From NCBI GenBank assembly GCA_963677595.1, contig OY782041.1, positions 2,592,001 to 2,656,000 on the forward strand: a DNA stretch of 64,000 nt, read 5' to 3'. Within the stretch, counting starts at the first letter, position 1; every line of letters begins with the position of its first letter. Positions 29,709 through 40,530 of this stretch are shown in pieces. The DNA comes from Spirochaetia bacterium. Lineage in GTDB: Bacteria; Spirochaetota; Spirochaetia; CAKZLE01. A model generated the notes under the pieces. The model made no database searches and was not told where the DNA came from. It saw nothing but the letters and a program-made list of their open reading frames with translations. The translations under genes were made by a program, and so were the position numbers.

Positions 29709-31357
29709 TCCGGCAGCAGCCCGGCCTCCTGGAGCTCGAGGAGCTTCTCCTCCTCCAGGCTGTCAGTCTCCCCGGCAATGAACCGTGCGGTCTCCCGGTC
29801 CGCGTAGTAGAGTGCAGGTTCCCCCTCGAGGAGGTAGGAGACGATGATCGTCTCCTCTTCTCCCACCATCCCCGCGATATCTTCAAGGCTCAGGATCCCC
29901 TGCTCACATAACTCGATGACGGCGAGCGGGTCGTACCGATAGGTCGTCACGGTGACTGCCTGTCCATCCGCACCCCGGGCATCCCCCTCATGGAAGTAGG
30001 TGACCAGGTCCACTGCGAGATCAGTCAGTTGCGGTATCCCTGCAGCCTGGTAGACGTCAGTGATGGCCCTCCCCTGGTAGGAGAACGGCTCTTCCCCTTC
30101 ATATGGTGGGGGGGCAGCCTGGAAGAAGGCTGAGGGGGTGAGCCCTGAGGCAGAGAGGATGATGTCGAACCAGGTGACGGCCCTCCCCTCATTGTAGAGA
30201 CGGACGACCTTCTCGGTGAAGGCAGCAGCTGCTGCCATATCATCGGCGGAGAAGGTCGGCGTGGAGCAGACGAGGTACTCCTTTTCTTCGTCGTAGGTGA
30301 TCAGGTACTCCTCAGCACGGTCGTAGAGTTCGGTCCCCGGCAGGATCGCGAGCGGAAAGATGTCGAGGTGGTTCGGCACCATGCCCATGGCATAGTCGAA
30401 GCTCTCATAGAAGCCCTCGAGGGTATCGCCCGGAAGGCCGTAGATCAGGTCGAAGCCGTAGGGGACCTCCCGCTCATGCAGGAGGTAGATATGGTCGCTA
30501 AACTGCTGCGCATCGAACCTGCGGTTGATCAGGGAGAGTACGTCCGGGTGGATGCTCTGCAGGCCGATCTGCAGGGCGCAGTCCAGCCCGGAGAGCAGGT
30601 CGCCGAGCTCTTCGTCGATGAACTCGGCCCGTATCTCCATCATGTAGTGGATCCACGGGGCTTTCTCGATCAGCATCTGCAGCAGCCCCTTGGCAGTCGG
30701 CAGGTGATAGTTGAAGGTCGGGTCGAGGATGAAGATCTCCCTGACCCCCTTCTTGACGAAGAGTTCGAGCTCATTGGAGATCCGCATCTTGGAGAATCTC
30801 CTCAGCGAGGTCTCCCCCCGTGACTCGAAGCAGAAGGCGCACCGGAATGGGCAGCCCCGTGAGAGTTCCCAGAGGACTCCTGTGTGATCGGCAAGGTCGA
30901 TCGTGCCGTCAAGGTAGGGTGAGGGGAGGGTGGCGAGGTCCGGATGCCCCGGAACGTCTCCTCGTGCGGGGTCGAGCAGCTTTGCTGTCTTGAGCTCCCC
31001 CTCTCCCACGATGACGGAGTCAATACACGCAAGGGCCTCATAGAACCCCGGTCTGGCGGTCGGCTCGGGACCCCCGACGATGACCCTGCACCCCGGGAGG
31101 GCTTCCTTGAGCAGTGCTGCTGTCTGGAGCGAGAGTTCCCGGTTCCAGAGGTAGATCGAGAACCCGACGAGATCGGGCCCGAAGGAGATGATCCTCCCCA
31201 GGATCTCGTCTGCGTGCTCATGCAGATAGGCATTCATGACAAGGATCTCATAGCTTTCGTTCAGCTGCTGCTTCAGGGCTGCTGCCACCGATGCGGCGCC
31301 GAGCGGGACTGCCCGCGGGGACTCTTCTATATGGATTGATACGAACAGGATTCTCAT
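29696..31357 (-). CDS. B12-binding radical SAM protein
   Basis: N-term cobalamin-binding-like domain (FSIYLWN, VGGPE, VGEGE); SRGCPFRCAFC. Confidence 0.9.
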   Translation of the reverse strand: MRILFVSIHIEESPRAVPLGAASVAAALKQQLNESYEILVMNAYLHEHADEILGRIISFGPDLVGFSIYLWNRELSLQTAALLKEALPGCRVIVGGPEPTARPGFYEALACIDSVIVGEGELKTAKLLDPARGDVPGHPDLATLPSPYLDGTIDLADHTGVLWELSRGCPFRCAFCFESRGETSLRRFSKMRISNELELFVKKGVREIFILDPTFNYHLPTAKGLLQMLIEKAPWIHYMMEIRAEFIDEELGDLLSGLDCALQIGLQSIHPDVLSLINRRFDAQQFSDHIYLLHEREVPYGFDLIYGLPGDTLEGFYESFDYAMGMVPNHLDIFPLAILPGTELYDRAEEYLITYDEEKEYLVCSTPTFSADDMAAAAAFTEKVVRLYNEGRAVTWFDIILSASGLTPSAFFQAAPPPYEGEEPFSYQGRAITDVYQAAGIPQLTDLAVDLVTYFHEGDARGADGQAVTVTTYRYDPLAVIELCEQGILSLEDIAGMVGEEETIIVSYLLEGEPALYYADRETARFIAGETDSLEEEKLLELQEAGLLPDQSV

Positions 31358-31616
31358 AGCCATACCATACGGGAAAGAGGCGGAAATGTTTAGTCCCACA
31401 TTCCTCACTTTCATGACGCACACATAGCAGGATTTTCCATTTCAGGAAAGGATTGAGACTACGAAGGGCTATTCATCCTTACCGATCCTCCACACGGCAT
31501 AAAAATCGGCAAATCCGCCTGGTTGCTACCCCGTCTGAACAGACATGCTGATGATCAGGACAGTAACCAGCCTTCTCATAGGTTCTGAGGATCAGACGCA
31601 GGTACACCTACGAAGT

Positions 31617-33320
31617 TCATGCATGCAGAGAGGTCAGGACACACCTCACCCCCTTGTCGTAGAATACGCGTTCATCAAGACCCAATGCAGACAGGAAGGC
31701 CAACTGACGGGAAGAGAGCGGATTTACCAGCACCGCTTCTGCTCCCATCTCTGCCGCCATGATACCGCCAAACACGGTACTCATCATGAATGAAGTCGGC
31801 TTTGCCGTCGGTTTGTTGTCCCAGCCTGGTACCGTAGTACCTTCCTTCTGGAGATACCGCCGCATCTGCCGCTCCATCAACCGCCAGACCATCAGGGCGA
31901 TCACGAGAATCATCCCCAATGCATCTATGCGGGAAGGGGTTTTCAGAAACAGGTCATTGACTACCAGGGGATCCTTGAGGAATGAAAAATCACTCTCGAT
32001 CCCATACTGGCCTTTGTACGTACGCAGTACCGATGCGGCATCAAGCGATGCAACAGCAACATTGGTAAGCAGCACAAAACATCCTGCCTGCTCTCTGAGC
32101 ACCTGCAGCTTGTCCGACTTTTCGGTGATCTCCCAGTTCAACTCATACCGCAGATCTACAGGCGGCGGACCCTCCTTCGGGGGACGTCCACGACGCCGAA
32201 CCGCCACTTCTTGGATCGTAACCGTTAACGAGTGCAGCGGGGAAGAGACCGCAGCGAGGTTGGCAGCAGCAACCTGCGCATCTTCGCTGCAGTAATACTG
32301 TCGCTGAACTTTCTTCAATTTCCCGTTCAGCTCCTTCAACGATTGCTCAATCGCTTTGTCAATCTTCTTCTGCCTTCGCTTATCATGGGAACTCGAATGT
32401 ATCACGACCCCGCGATAGGGCTTTTCATACAACGTTACCGTCGTCTCGCACCCCTTATAGATCGCAGGAGGCCGGTTCTTCCCTGTTGGTGTTTCAGCCA
32501 TCATGCCTATGGGACTCCAGCGACCCGCTCCGATCGCTTCCCTTATTGCCTGGTCACATGCGCCGTAGGTTGCCGGAAGACGGCTGATGAATGGCATCGA
32601 CCCTAAAGCCTCCAGATTCTCCTGCGTCACCATGGCCGAGTCTGCAACATAGATACAGGCCCCATCTCCCAACCCATGTCGGGAGAGCAGTGTACTGATC
32701 CGTGTGAGCATCGCATTGTTAGACGTCTTGTCTGAGGAGTTCCCATTGAGGGTACTGCTGAAGATTGGGACCCCATGATCCACGCACAGTAACTCCGTCA
32801 TGAACTGCTTGAGATCCGGTCGGTGATCCTTGGAGTGCCCCAGGACGATCGAAGGCCCCGGGGTCTTTTCCTGCTCACTCCCCCGGTATTCCCCCCAGAC
32901 ACTCGTACTGGTAGTATCGTAACTGAGGGCATGCATATCCAGATCGAAGACCTGTGCTGCCCGAATCCCCAGTTCGGTCACAATCTTCGATGGGCCGGCA
33001 TCGAAGATCGCATCCAGGGACCGAGCTATGTTCGTGTCATTGAACAGATGCGGATCTACCTCCTGTCCCAGCAATAGGCTGCGGTTCTGCTGCTCGATGA
33101 ACTGCTCGATCCGATACAGCGGCGACCGTCCATGCAGGACATCGAGCACCATCGTCTGTACCACGAGCCCCGGAGATAGCTGCATACGGGTCTCCACCGC
33201 CGCATCCACGATGTCTCTCAACCCGAGCATGCGGCAGTAGGCCGCCGCAATGGGCAGGTAGGAATGGGTATAGATTCTGGTATGCTGAAACAGGGTTGAA
33301 AGGGGCGGAGTACTGGCCAT
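31617..33320 (-). CDS. IS1634-family DDE transposase
   Basis: YDTTS, GHSKDHRPDLKQ, VADSA, IESDFSFLK. Confidence 0.93.
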   Translation of the reverse strand: MASTPPLSTLFQHTRIYTHSYLPIAAAYCRMLGLRDIVDAAVETRMQLSPGLVVQTMVLDVLHGRSPLYRIEQFIEQQNRSLLLGQEVDPHLFNDTNIARSLDAIFDAGPSKIVTELGIRAAQVFDLDMHALSYDTTSTSVWGEYRGSEQEKTPGPSIVLGHSKDHRPDLKQFMTELLCVDHGVPIFSSTLNGNSSDKTSNNAMLTRISTLLSRHGLGDGACIYVADSAMVTQENLEALGSMPFISRLPATYGACDQAIREAIGAGRWSPIGMMAETPTGKNRPPAIYKGCETTVTLYEKPYRGVVIHSSSHDKRRQKKIDKAIEQSLKELNGKLKKVQRQYYCSEDAQVAAANLAAVSSPLHSLTVTIQEVAVRRRGRPPKEGPPPVDLRYELNWEITEKSDKLQVLREQAGCFVLLTNVAVASLDAASVLRTYKGQYGIESDFSFLKDPLVVNDLFLKTPSRIDALGMILVIALMVWRLMERQMRRYLQKEGTTVPGWDNKPTAKPTSFMMSTVFGGIMAAEMGAEAVLVNPLSSRQLAFLSALGLDERVFYDKGVRCVLTSLHA

Positions 33321-33351
33321 CGGTATCCTCCTGTAGCGGTCGTGGAAACAG

Positions 33352-33410
33352 GACTTGACTGATCACTGAACCTACTGTATTATACAGTAGGACAAGAGAG
33401 GAGTCAAGTC
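33352..33410. promoter_or_regulatory. Overlapping divergent sigma70-type promoters with central palindrome
   Basis: Plus: TTGACT 33355-17bp-TATTAT 33378; minus: TTGACT 33407-17bp-TATAAT 33384; palindrome cctactgtat-t-atacagtagg. Confidence 0.7.
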
Positions 33411-33773
33411 ATGACCACCGAGACGGCACAGAAGCGCCTTCAGGTACTTCGCCGCAAACAGCAGGAACTCGCCAAGGAACTGAGCACGATCGAATTTATC
33501 TGGTCAGGATCCATCTCCAAACGGTTTCTTACCTGCGGGAACCCCTCGTGCAAGTGTCATACAGACACTGAGGCCAAGCATGGACCGTATTACTATTGGA
33601 CGACCAAAAAGGGCGGGAAGACCGTAGCCAGGAAGCTCACAGAGCAGCAGGCTGAGGTCCTCCAACCATGGATTGAGAACAGGAGAACCCTGGAGAAGAC
33701 GATGAATGCCATGAAGAAGCTCTCTCAGGATGCGTATGAAGCCATTTTGGTCCTCTTGGACGATGAAGGGTAG
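33411..33773 (+). CDS. DUF6788-family IS accessory protein
   Basis: GSI...CGNPSCKC...HGPYYYW...GKT signature; inside the IS TIRs. Confidence 0.85.
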   Translation: MTTETAQKRLQVLRRKQQELAKELSTIEFIWSGSISKRFLTCGNPSCKCHTDTEAKHGPYYYWTTKKGGKTVARKLTEQQAEVLQPWIENRRTLEKTMNAMKKLSQDAYEAILVLLDDEG

Positions 33774-33954
33774 CGCTTTTTAAACCGATTTTAGCCCGAA
33801 ATTAAATACCCGTTTTTTGCTGAGAAATAGTGAGGAATGTGGGTTTAGTGGGCGTTTCGTGAAACAAACAAGAATTGACAGATGACCCGTTGCATATTAC
33901 AATGCGTTATCGATAACGCAAAAACCATATGTATGATGATAAAGGGGTATTACG

Positions 33955-35553
33955 ATGCAGGAAGGCACAGGGATCGCTCACATGATCACGGACGGGGAGG
34001 CAGTCCTCGGTATAGAACTCGGCTCAACGAGGATCAAGGCGGTCCTGATAGCCCCGGACTCCACGCCGATCGCTTCAGGTGGGTACGGTTGGGAGAACTC
34101 CCTGGAGGACGGTATCTGGACCTACAGCCTGGACCTCGTCTGGGAGGGGCTGCAAGCCTCGTTCCGGAAGCTGGTCGAGGATGTGAAGGGGCAGTACGGC
34201 GTCGAGCTCAAGAAGCTCAAGGCCTTCGGCATCAGCGGGATGATGCACGGGTTCATGGTTTTCGATGCCGACGGGAAGCTCCTCACCCCCTTCAGGACCT
34301 GGAGGAACAACATCACAGGGCAGGCCTCAGCCGAGCTTGCTGAGCTCTTCAGCTACCCGATCCCCCAGCGGTGGAGCATCGCCCACCTCTACCAGTCGAT
34401 CCTCGGTGACGAGGCGTACATCGGCCAGATCGATTACATGACGACCCTTGCAGGCTACATCCACTGGAAGTTGACCGGCAAACGCGTGATCGGCGTCGGC
34501 GAGGCATCTGGGATGTTCCCCATCGATATCGCGACGGGGAGCTTCAATACGACGATGATCGAGACCTTCGATGCCCAGGTAGCAGGGAAACAGTACGGCT
34601 GGAAGCTCGGGGAGATCCTCCCGGAGGTCCTCTCCGCAGGGGCAGCTGCCGGGACACTGACTGAAGCAGGTGCTGCCCTGCTCGATCCCACCGGGACCCT
34701 GGAAGCCGGCATCCCGATGTGTCCTCCAGAGGGAGACGCGGGAACGGGGATGGTGGCAACCAACAGTGTCGCCCAGCGGACCGGTAACGTCTCCGCAGGG
34801 ACTTCCGTCTTCGCCATGCTCGTCCTCGAGAAGGAGCTCTCGAAGGTCCACCACGAGATCGATCTCGTGACGACCCCGGACGGTTCCCTCGTTGCCATGG
34901 CCCATTCGAACAACTGCACCTCGGAATACGACCAGTGGGTATCACTGTTCGGCGAGGTGATCAAGGCGACCGGGGGAGAGATCTCCATCGGGAAGCTCTA
35001 TGACGACCTCCTCTACCTCGCCCTGACCGGTGATGCCGACTGCGGCGGGCTGCTTGCCTACGGGTATATCTCCGGAGAGCACATGACCGGCTTCAGCGAG
35101 GGGCGGCCGCTCTTCGCACGGGAGTCGAACAGCTCGTTCACCCTGGCGAACTTCATGCGGGCCCAGCTCTTCACCTCCTTATGTGCCCTGCGTACCGGCC
35201 TCGACATCCTCACCGAGGAGGAGAAGGTCTCGGTGGAGAAGATCACCGGCCACGGCGGGTTTTTCAAGACGGCAGCGGTAGGGCAGCGGATCATGGCAGC
35301 GGCCACCAACACCCCGATCTCCGTACTGGAGACGGCAGGTGAGGGCGGTGCCTGGGGGATAGCCCTCCTGGCAGCCTATATGGCTGACCCCCAGGGGAAG
35401 AGCCTCCCTGAATACCTCGAGGGTGTGTTCGGGACCGAGGCGGCAGCCCCGGTAGCACCGGTGGCGGCAGATGTCGAGGGGTTCAACCAGTTCTTCGCAC
35501 GTTATCACAAGGGCCTGCCCATCGAACAGGCCGCCGTGGACAACCTCGCTTAA
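33955..35553 (+). CDS. FGGY-family carbohydrate kinase (ribulokinase/xylulokinase-like)
   Basis: [35 protein letters not shown]. Confidence 0.9.
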   Translation: MQEGTGIAHMITDGEAVLGIELGSTRIKAVLIAPDSTPIASGGYGWENSLEDGIWTYSLDLVWEGLQASFRKLVEDVKGQYGVELKKLKAFGISGMMHGFMVFDADGKLLTPFRTWRNNITGQASAELAELFSYPIPQRWSIAHLYQSILGDEAYIGQIDYMTTLAGYIHWKLTGKRVIGVGEASGMFPIDIATGSFNTTMIETFDAQVAGKQYGWKLGEILPEVLSAGAAAGTLTEAGAALLDPTGTLEAGIPMCPPEGDAGTGMVATNSVAQRTGNVSAGTSVFAMLVLEKELSKVHHEIDLVTTPDGSLVAMAHSNNCTSEYDQWVSLFGEVIKATGGEISIGKLYDDLLYLALTGDADCGGLLAYGYISGEHMTGFSEGRPLFARESNSSFTLANFMRAQLFTSLCALRTGLDILTEEEKVSVEKITGHGGFFKTAAVGQRIMAAATNTPISVLETAGEGGAWGIALLAAYMADPQGKSLPEYLEGVFGTEAAAPVAPVAADVEGFNQFFARYHKGLPIEQAAVDNLA

Positions 35554-36437
35554 TCGAGGTCTGTAACACGCTCCCAGTCCGGGGCTGAGGGGATCTTCCC
35601 CTCAGCTTCCAGGAACCCTGCCAGTTCCTGCAGTTCTGCCAGATGCAGCTCAATCGGTTCGAAGGAGAACGTGTGGTGCGCAAGGCTCGAACGCAGGACT
35701 GACGGATCCAGAGCAGTCACTTCAGAGAGCCTCTGCAGTGATGCTTCATCAACGCCCCCAACCAGCTTCCCTGAAGACTCTCTCAGTGACTCGATGTATT
35801 TCGCGATCCTCTCCGGGGACTGGCTTACCGCAGTCCTTGATGCTGCGAGGACCAGTGGGAAGGAGCGTCCCTCAGACGAGAGCGGGTATGCCCTAACCCC
35901 GTCGATCCTCGACAATGCGATGCTCGGGGTGGGTTCGCTTGCCGCGAGCCCGTCGATCTCCCCTGAGGCCAGTGCTGCTGTCTGCAGGTCGGGGGAGAGG
36001 TCGATCAGCTTCGGTTCGTAGTCGAGCCAGGCAAGCAGGGCTGCATGTGTGCTGGTCCCGAACTTCACCCCGATCGTCTGGGGGCGGTCCGTGGCTGATA
36101 CCAGCTGGTGCCTCTCTGCCCCGGCTCCATGGACCCCGAGCAGGACGACCGTCTCAGGATAGCGGGAGGCCAGGGAGACGGCCACTGCATCCCCCATCGT
36201 GGCAAGGTCGGCATTCCCGCTGATCAGGGCCTCAGCGGTCAATGAACCCGAAGAGAGCCTGGTGAAGGAGAATGCAGGGTCCCCTGTAAGCTCCTCTGCG
36301 GACAGGATGGCAGCGGCATCGCCTACCCGGTCCTGGTAGGCGATCCTGAGCGGCCGGGACTCCTTCGAGCCCCCGGCAGAGAGTGCTGCAGCGGGTATGA
36401 TCATCAATGAGCAGAACAGTACCAGGAATCTCTTCAT
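35550..36437 (-). CDS. ABC substrate-binding protein (SsuA/TauA-like)
   Basis: Signal peptide; MGDA, GTSTH, SEPTPS. Confidence 0.8.
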   Translation of the reverse strand: MKRFLVLFCSLMIIPAAALSAGGSKESRPLRIAYQDRVGDAAAILSAEELTGDPAFSFTRLSSGSLTAEALISGNADLATMGDAVAVSLASRYPETVVLLGVHGAGAERHQLVSATDRPQTIGVKFGTSTHAALLAWLDYEPKLIDLSPDLQTAALASGEIDGLAASEPTPSIALSRIDGVRAYPLSSEGRSFPLVLAASRTAVSQSPERIAKYIESLRESSGKLVGGVDEASLQRLSEVTALDPSVLRSSLAHHTFSFEPIELHLAELQELAGFLEAEGKIPSAPDWERVTDLD

Positions 36438-37204
36438 GAGAGCCCTCCTTGAGGTTGTGTCTTCTTCGGGGGACAGCATAATCCCATCTTCCCCCGTATA
36501 TGCTGGACCATCGTCATGAACGGTATCGAGTCGAGAGCCGGCTTCTCACCGGAGAGGTCCCACTCCTTAATGATCCTCCCTGGCCTGACAGACATGAGGA
36601 TGACCCTCGTCCCGAGCAGCAGCGCCTCCTGGATCGAGTGGGTGATGAACAGGATGGTCTTCCGCTCCCGCTCCCAGATGCCGATGAGTTCGCGGTTGAG
36701 CCGCAGGCGGGTCTGCTCGTCGAGGCTTGAGAAGGGTTCATCCATGAGCAGCAGGTCAGAATCCATGACGAGGGCACGGGCTATCGCCGCCTTCTGCTGC
36801 ATCCCCCCGCTCAGTTCGTGGGGCATGGCGTGGTCGAAGCCCCGGAGCCCGACCGTCTCGAGAGCTGCAGTGATCCGCTGCTGTCCTGTCTCCCGGTCGA
36901 CCCCTTCAAGGGCGAGCCGGATGTTCTCCTCGACATTCAGCCAGGGCATGAGTGCAGGTCGCTGGAAGACGACGGCACGTTCCCTGCCGGGAGCCGTGAC
37001 CGGTTCTCCCTGAAAGAGCACCTCTCCATCATCCGGCTTGAGGAAGCCTGCTGCCATATTGAGCAGGGTCGTCTTCCCGCAGCCTGAAGGCCCGAGCAGG
37101 GTGATGAACTCTCCCGGTCTCACGGTGAGATCGAGTTTCTTCAACGCATGGACTGTTGTACTGGTCCCCTGGAAGTTGTGCTCTATGTTCCTGAATTCCA
37201 GCAT
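36434..37204 (-). CDS. ABC ATP-binding protein (NitT/TauT family)
   Basis: GPSGCGKT, LSGGMQQK, MDEPFSSLD; start set at MLEFRN. Confidence 0.92.
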   Translation of the reverse strand: MLEFRNIEHNFQGTSTTVHALKKLDLTVRPGEFITLLGPSGCGKTTLLNMAAGFLKPDDGEVLFQGEPVTAPGRERAVVFQRPALMPWLNVEENIRLALEGVDRETGQQRITAALETVGLRGFDHAMPHELSGGMQQKAAIARALVMDSDLLLMDEPFSSLDEQTRLRLNRELIGIWERERKTILFITHSIQEALLLGTRVILMSVRPGRIIKEWDLSGEKPALDSIPFMTMVQHIRGKMGLCCPPKKTQPQGGLS

Positions 37205-37986
37205 CACAGCACCCCCTGCCGCCTGCGCACCCGGGCATCCCAGGGGGCGAAGATGAGCTTCTCGATCGCAAGGCCGATGAGGATGATGACGAGCAGGGCC
37301 CCGAAGGCTGTCTCGTAGTCGAGTGACCAGCGGGCACTGAAGAGGGAGTAGCCCAGGCCGAGGGAGCTGCCGACGACCATCTCTGCAGAGATCAGGACCC
37401 GGAACCCGTTCGCCGCCCCGGTCCGCAGCCCGCTCACCAGGGAGATCGCCGTGCCCGGTAGGATGATCTTCGAGAAGACCCGCCTCCGGGAGAGCTCCAT
37501 CGTCTCTGCGGCGAGCAGGAGGTGGGGATCGAGCTGGTGAATACCAGCCTGGGTGTTGATGATGATCGGTGAGAGGGCGGTCGCGGTGATCATGAAGATC
37601 GTCGATGTCGTGCCCAGCCCGAAGAGGATCAGGGTGATCGGGATCCAGGCAAGACCGGGGATCAGCTGCAGGCTGGTCACAGCAGGCGTCAGCAGGGAGG
37701 ATACCCCGGGCTTGAGCCCCATGACCAGCCCGACGGGTACCCCGATGAGGAGGGCGATCAGGAAGCCTGAGAGCCACCTGACCAGACTGATCCCGGCATG
37801 CAGGAAGATGGACTGCTGCATCGGGGCGGGGGTGAGCACGGCCAGGATCGCCTGCCAGGGGTAGGGGAAGGGTTTCCCGTAGATTTCCTGCTCGACTGCT
37901 GCGAGGAGGATCCAGACCGCGAGGAGCAGCCCGATTCCCAAGATGGTGTTACTGCCTTTCTGTTGGTTCGTTCCGTTGATACGCAT
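37204..37986 (-). CDS. ABC permease (NitT/TauT family)
   Basis: IPGLAWIP, ISAEMV, GLGY. Confidence 0.9.
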   Translation of the reverse strand: MRINGTNQQKGSNTILGIGLLLAVWILLAAVEQEIYGKPFPYPWQAILAVLTPAPMQQSIFLHAGISLVRWLSGFLIALLIGVPVGLVMGLKPGVSSLLTPAVTSLQLIPGLAWIPITLILFGLGTTSTIFMITATALSPIIINTQAGIHQLDPHLLLAAETMELSRRRVFSKIILPGTAISLVSGLRTGAANGFRVLISAEMVVGSSLGLGYSLFSARWSLDYETAFGALLVIILIGLAIEKLIFAPWDARVRRRQGVL

Positions 37987-38211
37987 CCTCCCACTATACA
38001 GGGTTCTCTCTGCATGTCAAACACTGATTCCGGCATATGACGGAATTGGATAAGATACTGAAAGAAACAGTAATATCGTCCAACAGGTTCTGGTGGGGCA
38101 TGTCCCGGCCCGATTGCAGGATCGGGCTAATATTAGCAGGATTGAATCATTGAACATTCGGTTCAGGGACCTCACAATATACGTATACATAGTATGTATA
38201 AGGAGGAATCA

Positions 38212-39510
38212 ATGAAAAAGTTGGTATGTGCCTTGGCAGTACTCGTACTGTTTGCAGCTGTTCCCCTCTTCGCAGGAGGCGGTCAGGAGGCGGAAGAGGG
38301 TCCGATCACCCTGACGTTCTGGACCCATGAGGATCCCAACAGGACAGAGATAGAGGACCGCTATATCAAGGAGTTCGAGGCGACCCACCCGAACATCAGG
38401 ATCGAGCGAGTCACACAGTCATCGACCAAGATCCAGGAGCTTGTCCTTACCGCATTCGCGGCTAACCAGGGTCCTGACATCTTCAATATGTCGATCGAGG
38501 ACGAGTATGCCTACATCGCGAACGGTCGAGTCGCCCCGGTCGACCCGATCGCTGCCGGCTACGGCAGCATGAACTCACTGGTGGGCTCCTACCTCGAGGG
38601 CTCCCTTGACCCGGTGACCCTGGACGGCAAGGTCTACGGGCTGCCACTCGAACTGACGAACTGGTCGCTCTTCATCAACAAGAACGTCTTCAGGGATGCC
38701 GGTCTTGACCCGGAGAAGGACTACCCGAAGACCTGGGAGGAGATGGTCGAAGTATCAGAGAAGCTCGTCATCCGAGACGGTGATATCATCACCAGGAGAG
38801 GGTTCGACTTCCGCTATCCCTACTACCTCGTGTCCATGGTGCCGATGGTCGAGCAGCTCGGCGGGCAGCTGATCAGCGATGACGGCAAGAAGGCCATCGT
38901 TGGTGATGCTGCATGGTTGAAGTTCCTCGAGTACATGCAGATGTGGGGACCGAACGGGAACAATCTCGGTTCTCCCACCTACAAGAATGCCAGGAAGCTC
39001 TTCAACATGAACAACAACGATATCGCGATGGCGATGACCGGTCTCTACCAGGAAGGCAGGATCAGGGCAGATAACCAGGAATTCTACGACAGCGGTGAGT
39101 GGATGGTCGTCCCGTATCCCGTCTTCGAGGATGCCGTCAATGACACAGCAGGCTGCTACTACGGCCACTACTACATGGTCAACTCCCAGAAGAGCGCAGC
39201 CAACCAGCAGGCTGCCTGGGAATTCATCGGCTACATGCTCAGTCACGGGGAGGAGTACCTGAAGAAGGTCAACATCATCCAGCCGACGAAAGAACTGCTT
39301 GCATCGGATACCTACAAGAACATGCCGTTCTCCGATGTCTTCAGTGCAGACATGGAACGCGGCCATATCGTCTACTTCGGTGCCGAGAGTGCCAAGCTCC
39401 AGGAACTCATCAAGGGTGCCGTGGAGTCAGTCATGCTCTCCGGCGTCGCACCTGAGAAAGCCCTGGAGACACTCCGGGCAGAGGCTCAGGAACTGCTTGA
39501 CGACATGTAG
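38212..39510 (+). CDS. Carbohydrate ABC substrate-binding protein
   Basis: RBS AGGAGG; signal peptide LFAGGGQE; GPDIF, YGLP, PKTWEE. Confidence 0.92.
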   Translation: MKKLVCALAVLVLFAAVPLFAGGGQEAEEGPITLTFWTHEDPNRTEIEDRYIKEFEATHPNIRIERVTQSSTKIQELVLTAFAANQGPDIFNMSIEDEYAYIANGRVAPVDPIAAGYGSMNSLVGSYLEGSLDPVTLDGKVYGLPLELTNWSLFINKNVFRDAGLDPEKDYPKTWEEMVEVSEKLVIRDGDIITRRGFDFRYPYYLVSMVPMVEQLGGQLISDDGKKAIVGDAAWLKFLEYMQMWGPNGNNLGSPTYKNARKLFNMNNNDIAMAMTGLYQEGRIRADNQEFYDSGEWMVVPYPVFEDAVNDTAGCYYGHYYMVNSQKSAANQQAAWEFIGYMLSHGEEYLKKVNIIQPTKELLASDTYKNMPFSDVFSADMERGHIVYFGAESAKLQELIKGAVESVMLSGVAPEKALETLRAEAQELLDDM

Positions 39511-39533
39511 TCATCTCGCTTGAGTCAGATCAG

Positions 39534-39578
39534 ATGCCTGTACCTGCATGCCCCGGGGCATACAGGTATGGGCTTTTT
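39534..39578 (+). terminator. Hairpin plus T-run after the SBP gene
   Basis: gcctgtacctgcatgccc-c-ggggcatacaggtatgggc followed by ttttt. Confidence 0.6.
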
Positions 39579-39607
39579 ATCCTACGTACGACACGCAAAG
39601 GGAAATC

Positions 39608-40519
39608 ATGAAGCGGAAAACCAAGACACGAAGCATAGAGAAGCAGCTCTCCCACTGGGGAATCACGTTCGTCATCCCCTCGATCGTCTTCTTCTCCCTC
39701 TTTAATTTCTACCCGATCATCAATGCGCTGTATACCAGCCTCTTCAAGAAGAATGTCCTCTCGCTTGCCAAGCCGGAGTTCGTGGGGCTGAAGAACTATA
39801 TCTACCTCTTCACCTCCGGGAACTTCTGGAACTCCATACGGGCTACGGCAGTCTTCACAGTGGGCACGTTCATCCCGCTGCTGGTCGCGAGCCTCATCTT
39901 CGCCGTCTTCATCATGTCGGTGAAGAAGGGGAACAAGTTCTACCAGATGGCCTTCTATTCCCCGGCAGTACTCTCATCCGTCGTCTCCGCGGCCATCTGG
40001 CTGCTGATCTTCGACCCTCGGGGGCTGGCGAACCAGTGGGTGAACGCACTGCTCGGCCTGCAGGGGGTCAACCATAACTGGCTGGCTGATGCGTTCATGG
40101 TGCAGCTCTCGACGATGATCGTCTATTTCTGGAAATACATCGGGTATTTCATCATCATCTTCATCGCAGGGCTCGCCTCGATCCCGAAGAGCCTCTACGA
40201 GGCTGCCAGGATCGACGGCTCATCACCCTGGCAGGAGTTCTGGAGGATCACCCTCCCGCTGCTCAAGCCGACGGTCGTGCTGGTCTCCATCATGTCGATG
40301 CTCCAGTGCCTGAAGACCTTCGGGACCCAATACCTGTTCACCCAGTCGGGGGCCCCGCAGGACCCGATCAACGTCATCACGATGAATATCTACAACACGG
40401 GGATCCGGGACCACCGGATCGGGAGGGCGAGTGCCATGAGCATCATCCTCTTCGTCATCATGCTCATCTTCACCTGGGTCCAGTTCAAGACCTCCAGGGC
40501 AGATGAAGTCGAGTACTAG
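39608..40519 (+). CDS. Carbohydrate ABC permease
   Basis: LYEAARIDG, ITLPLLKP. Confidence 0.92.
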   Translation: MKRKTKTRSIEKQLSHWGITFVIPSIVFFSLFNFYPIINALYTSLFKKNVLSLAKPEFVGLKNYIYLFTSGNFWNSIRATAVFTVGTFIPLLVASLIFAVFIMSVKKGNKFYQMAFYSPAVLSSVVSAAIWLLIFDPRGLANQWVNALLGLQGVNHNWLADAFMVQLSTMIVYFWKYIGYFIIIFIAGLASIPKSLYEAARIDGSSPWQEFWRITLPLLKPTVVLVSIMSMLQCLKTFGTQYLFTQSGAPQDPINVITMNIYNTGIRDHRIGRASAMSIILFVIMLIFTWVQFKTSRADEVEY

Positions 40520-40530
40520 GGGGTGAAGCT

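Larger units (their letters stand above)
31395..33843 (-). mobile_element. IS1634-family element carrying a DUF6788 gene
   Basis: 15-bp TIR cccacattcctcact (31395-31409 / 33829-33843); 6-bp TSD tttagt. Confidence 0.92.

Noticed and set aside
33371-33391. Proteobacterial LexA box
   Set aside because: CTGT and ACAG are 5 bp apart rather than 8
36434-37777. 447-aa ORF as an extended ABC ATPase
   Set aside because: The N-terminal part is an off-frame overlap of the permease; the real start is 37204
38116-38142. gcaggat direct repeat as a response-regulator site
   Set aside because: Only 7 bp twice, 20 bp apart; plausible but too weak to call
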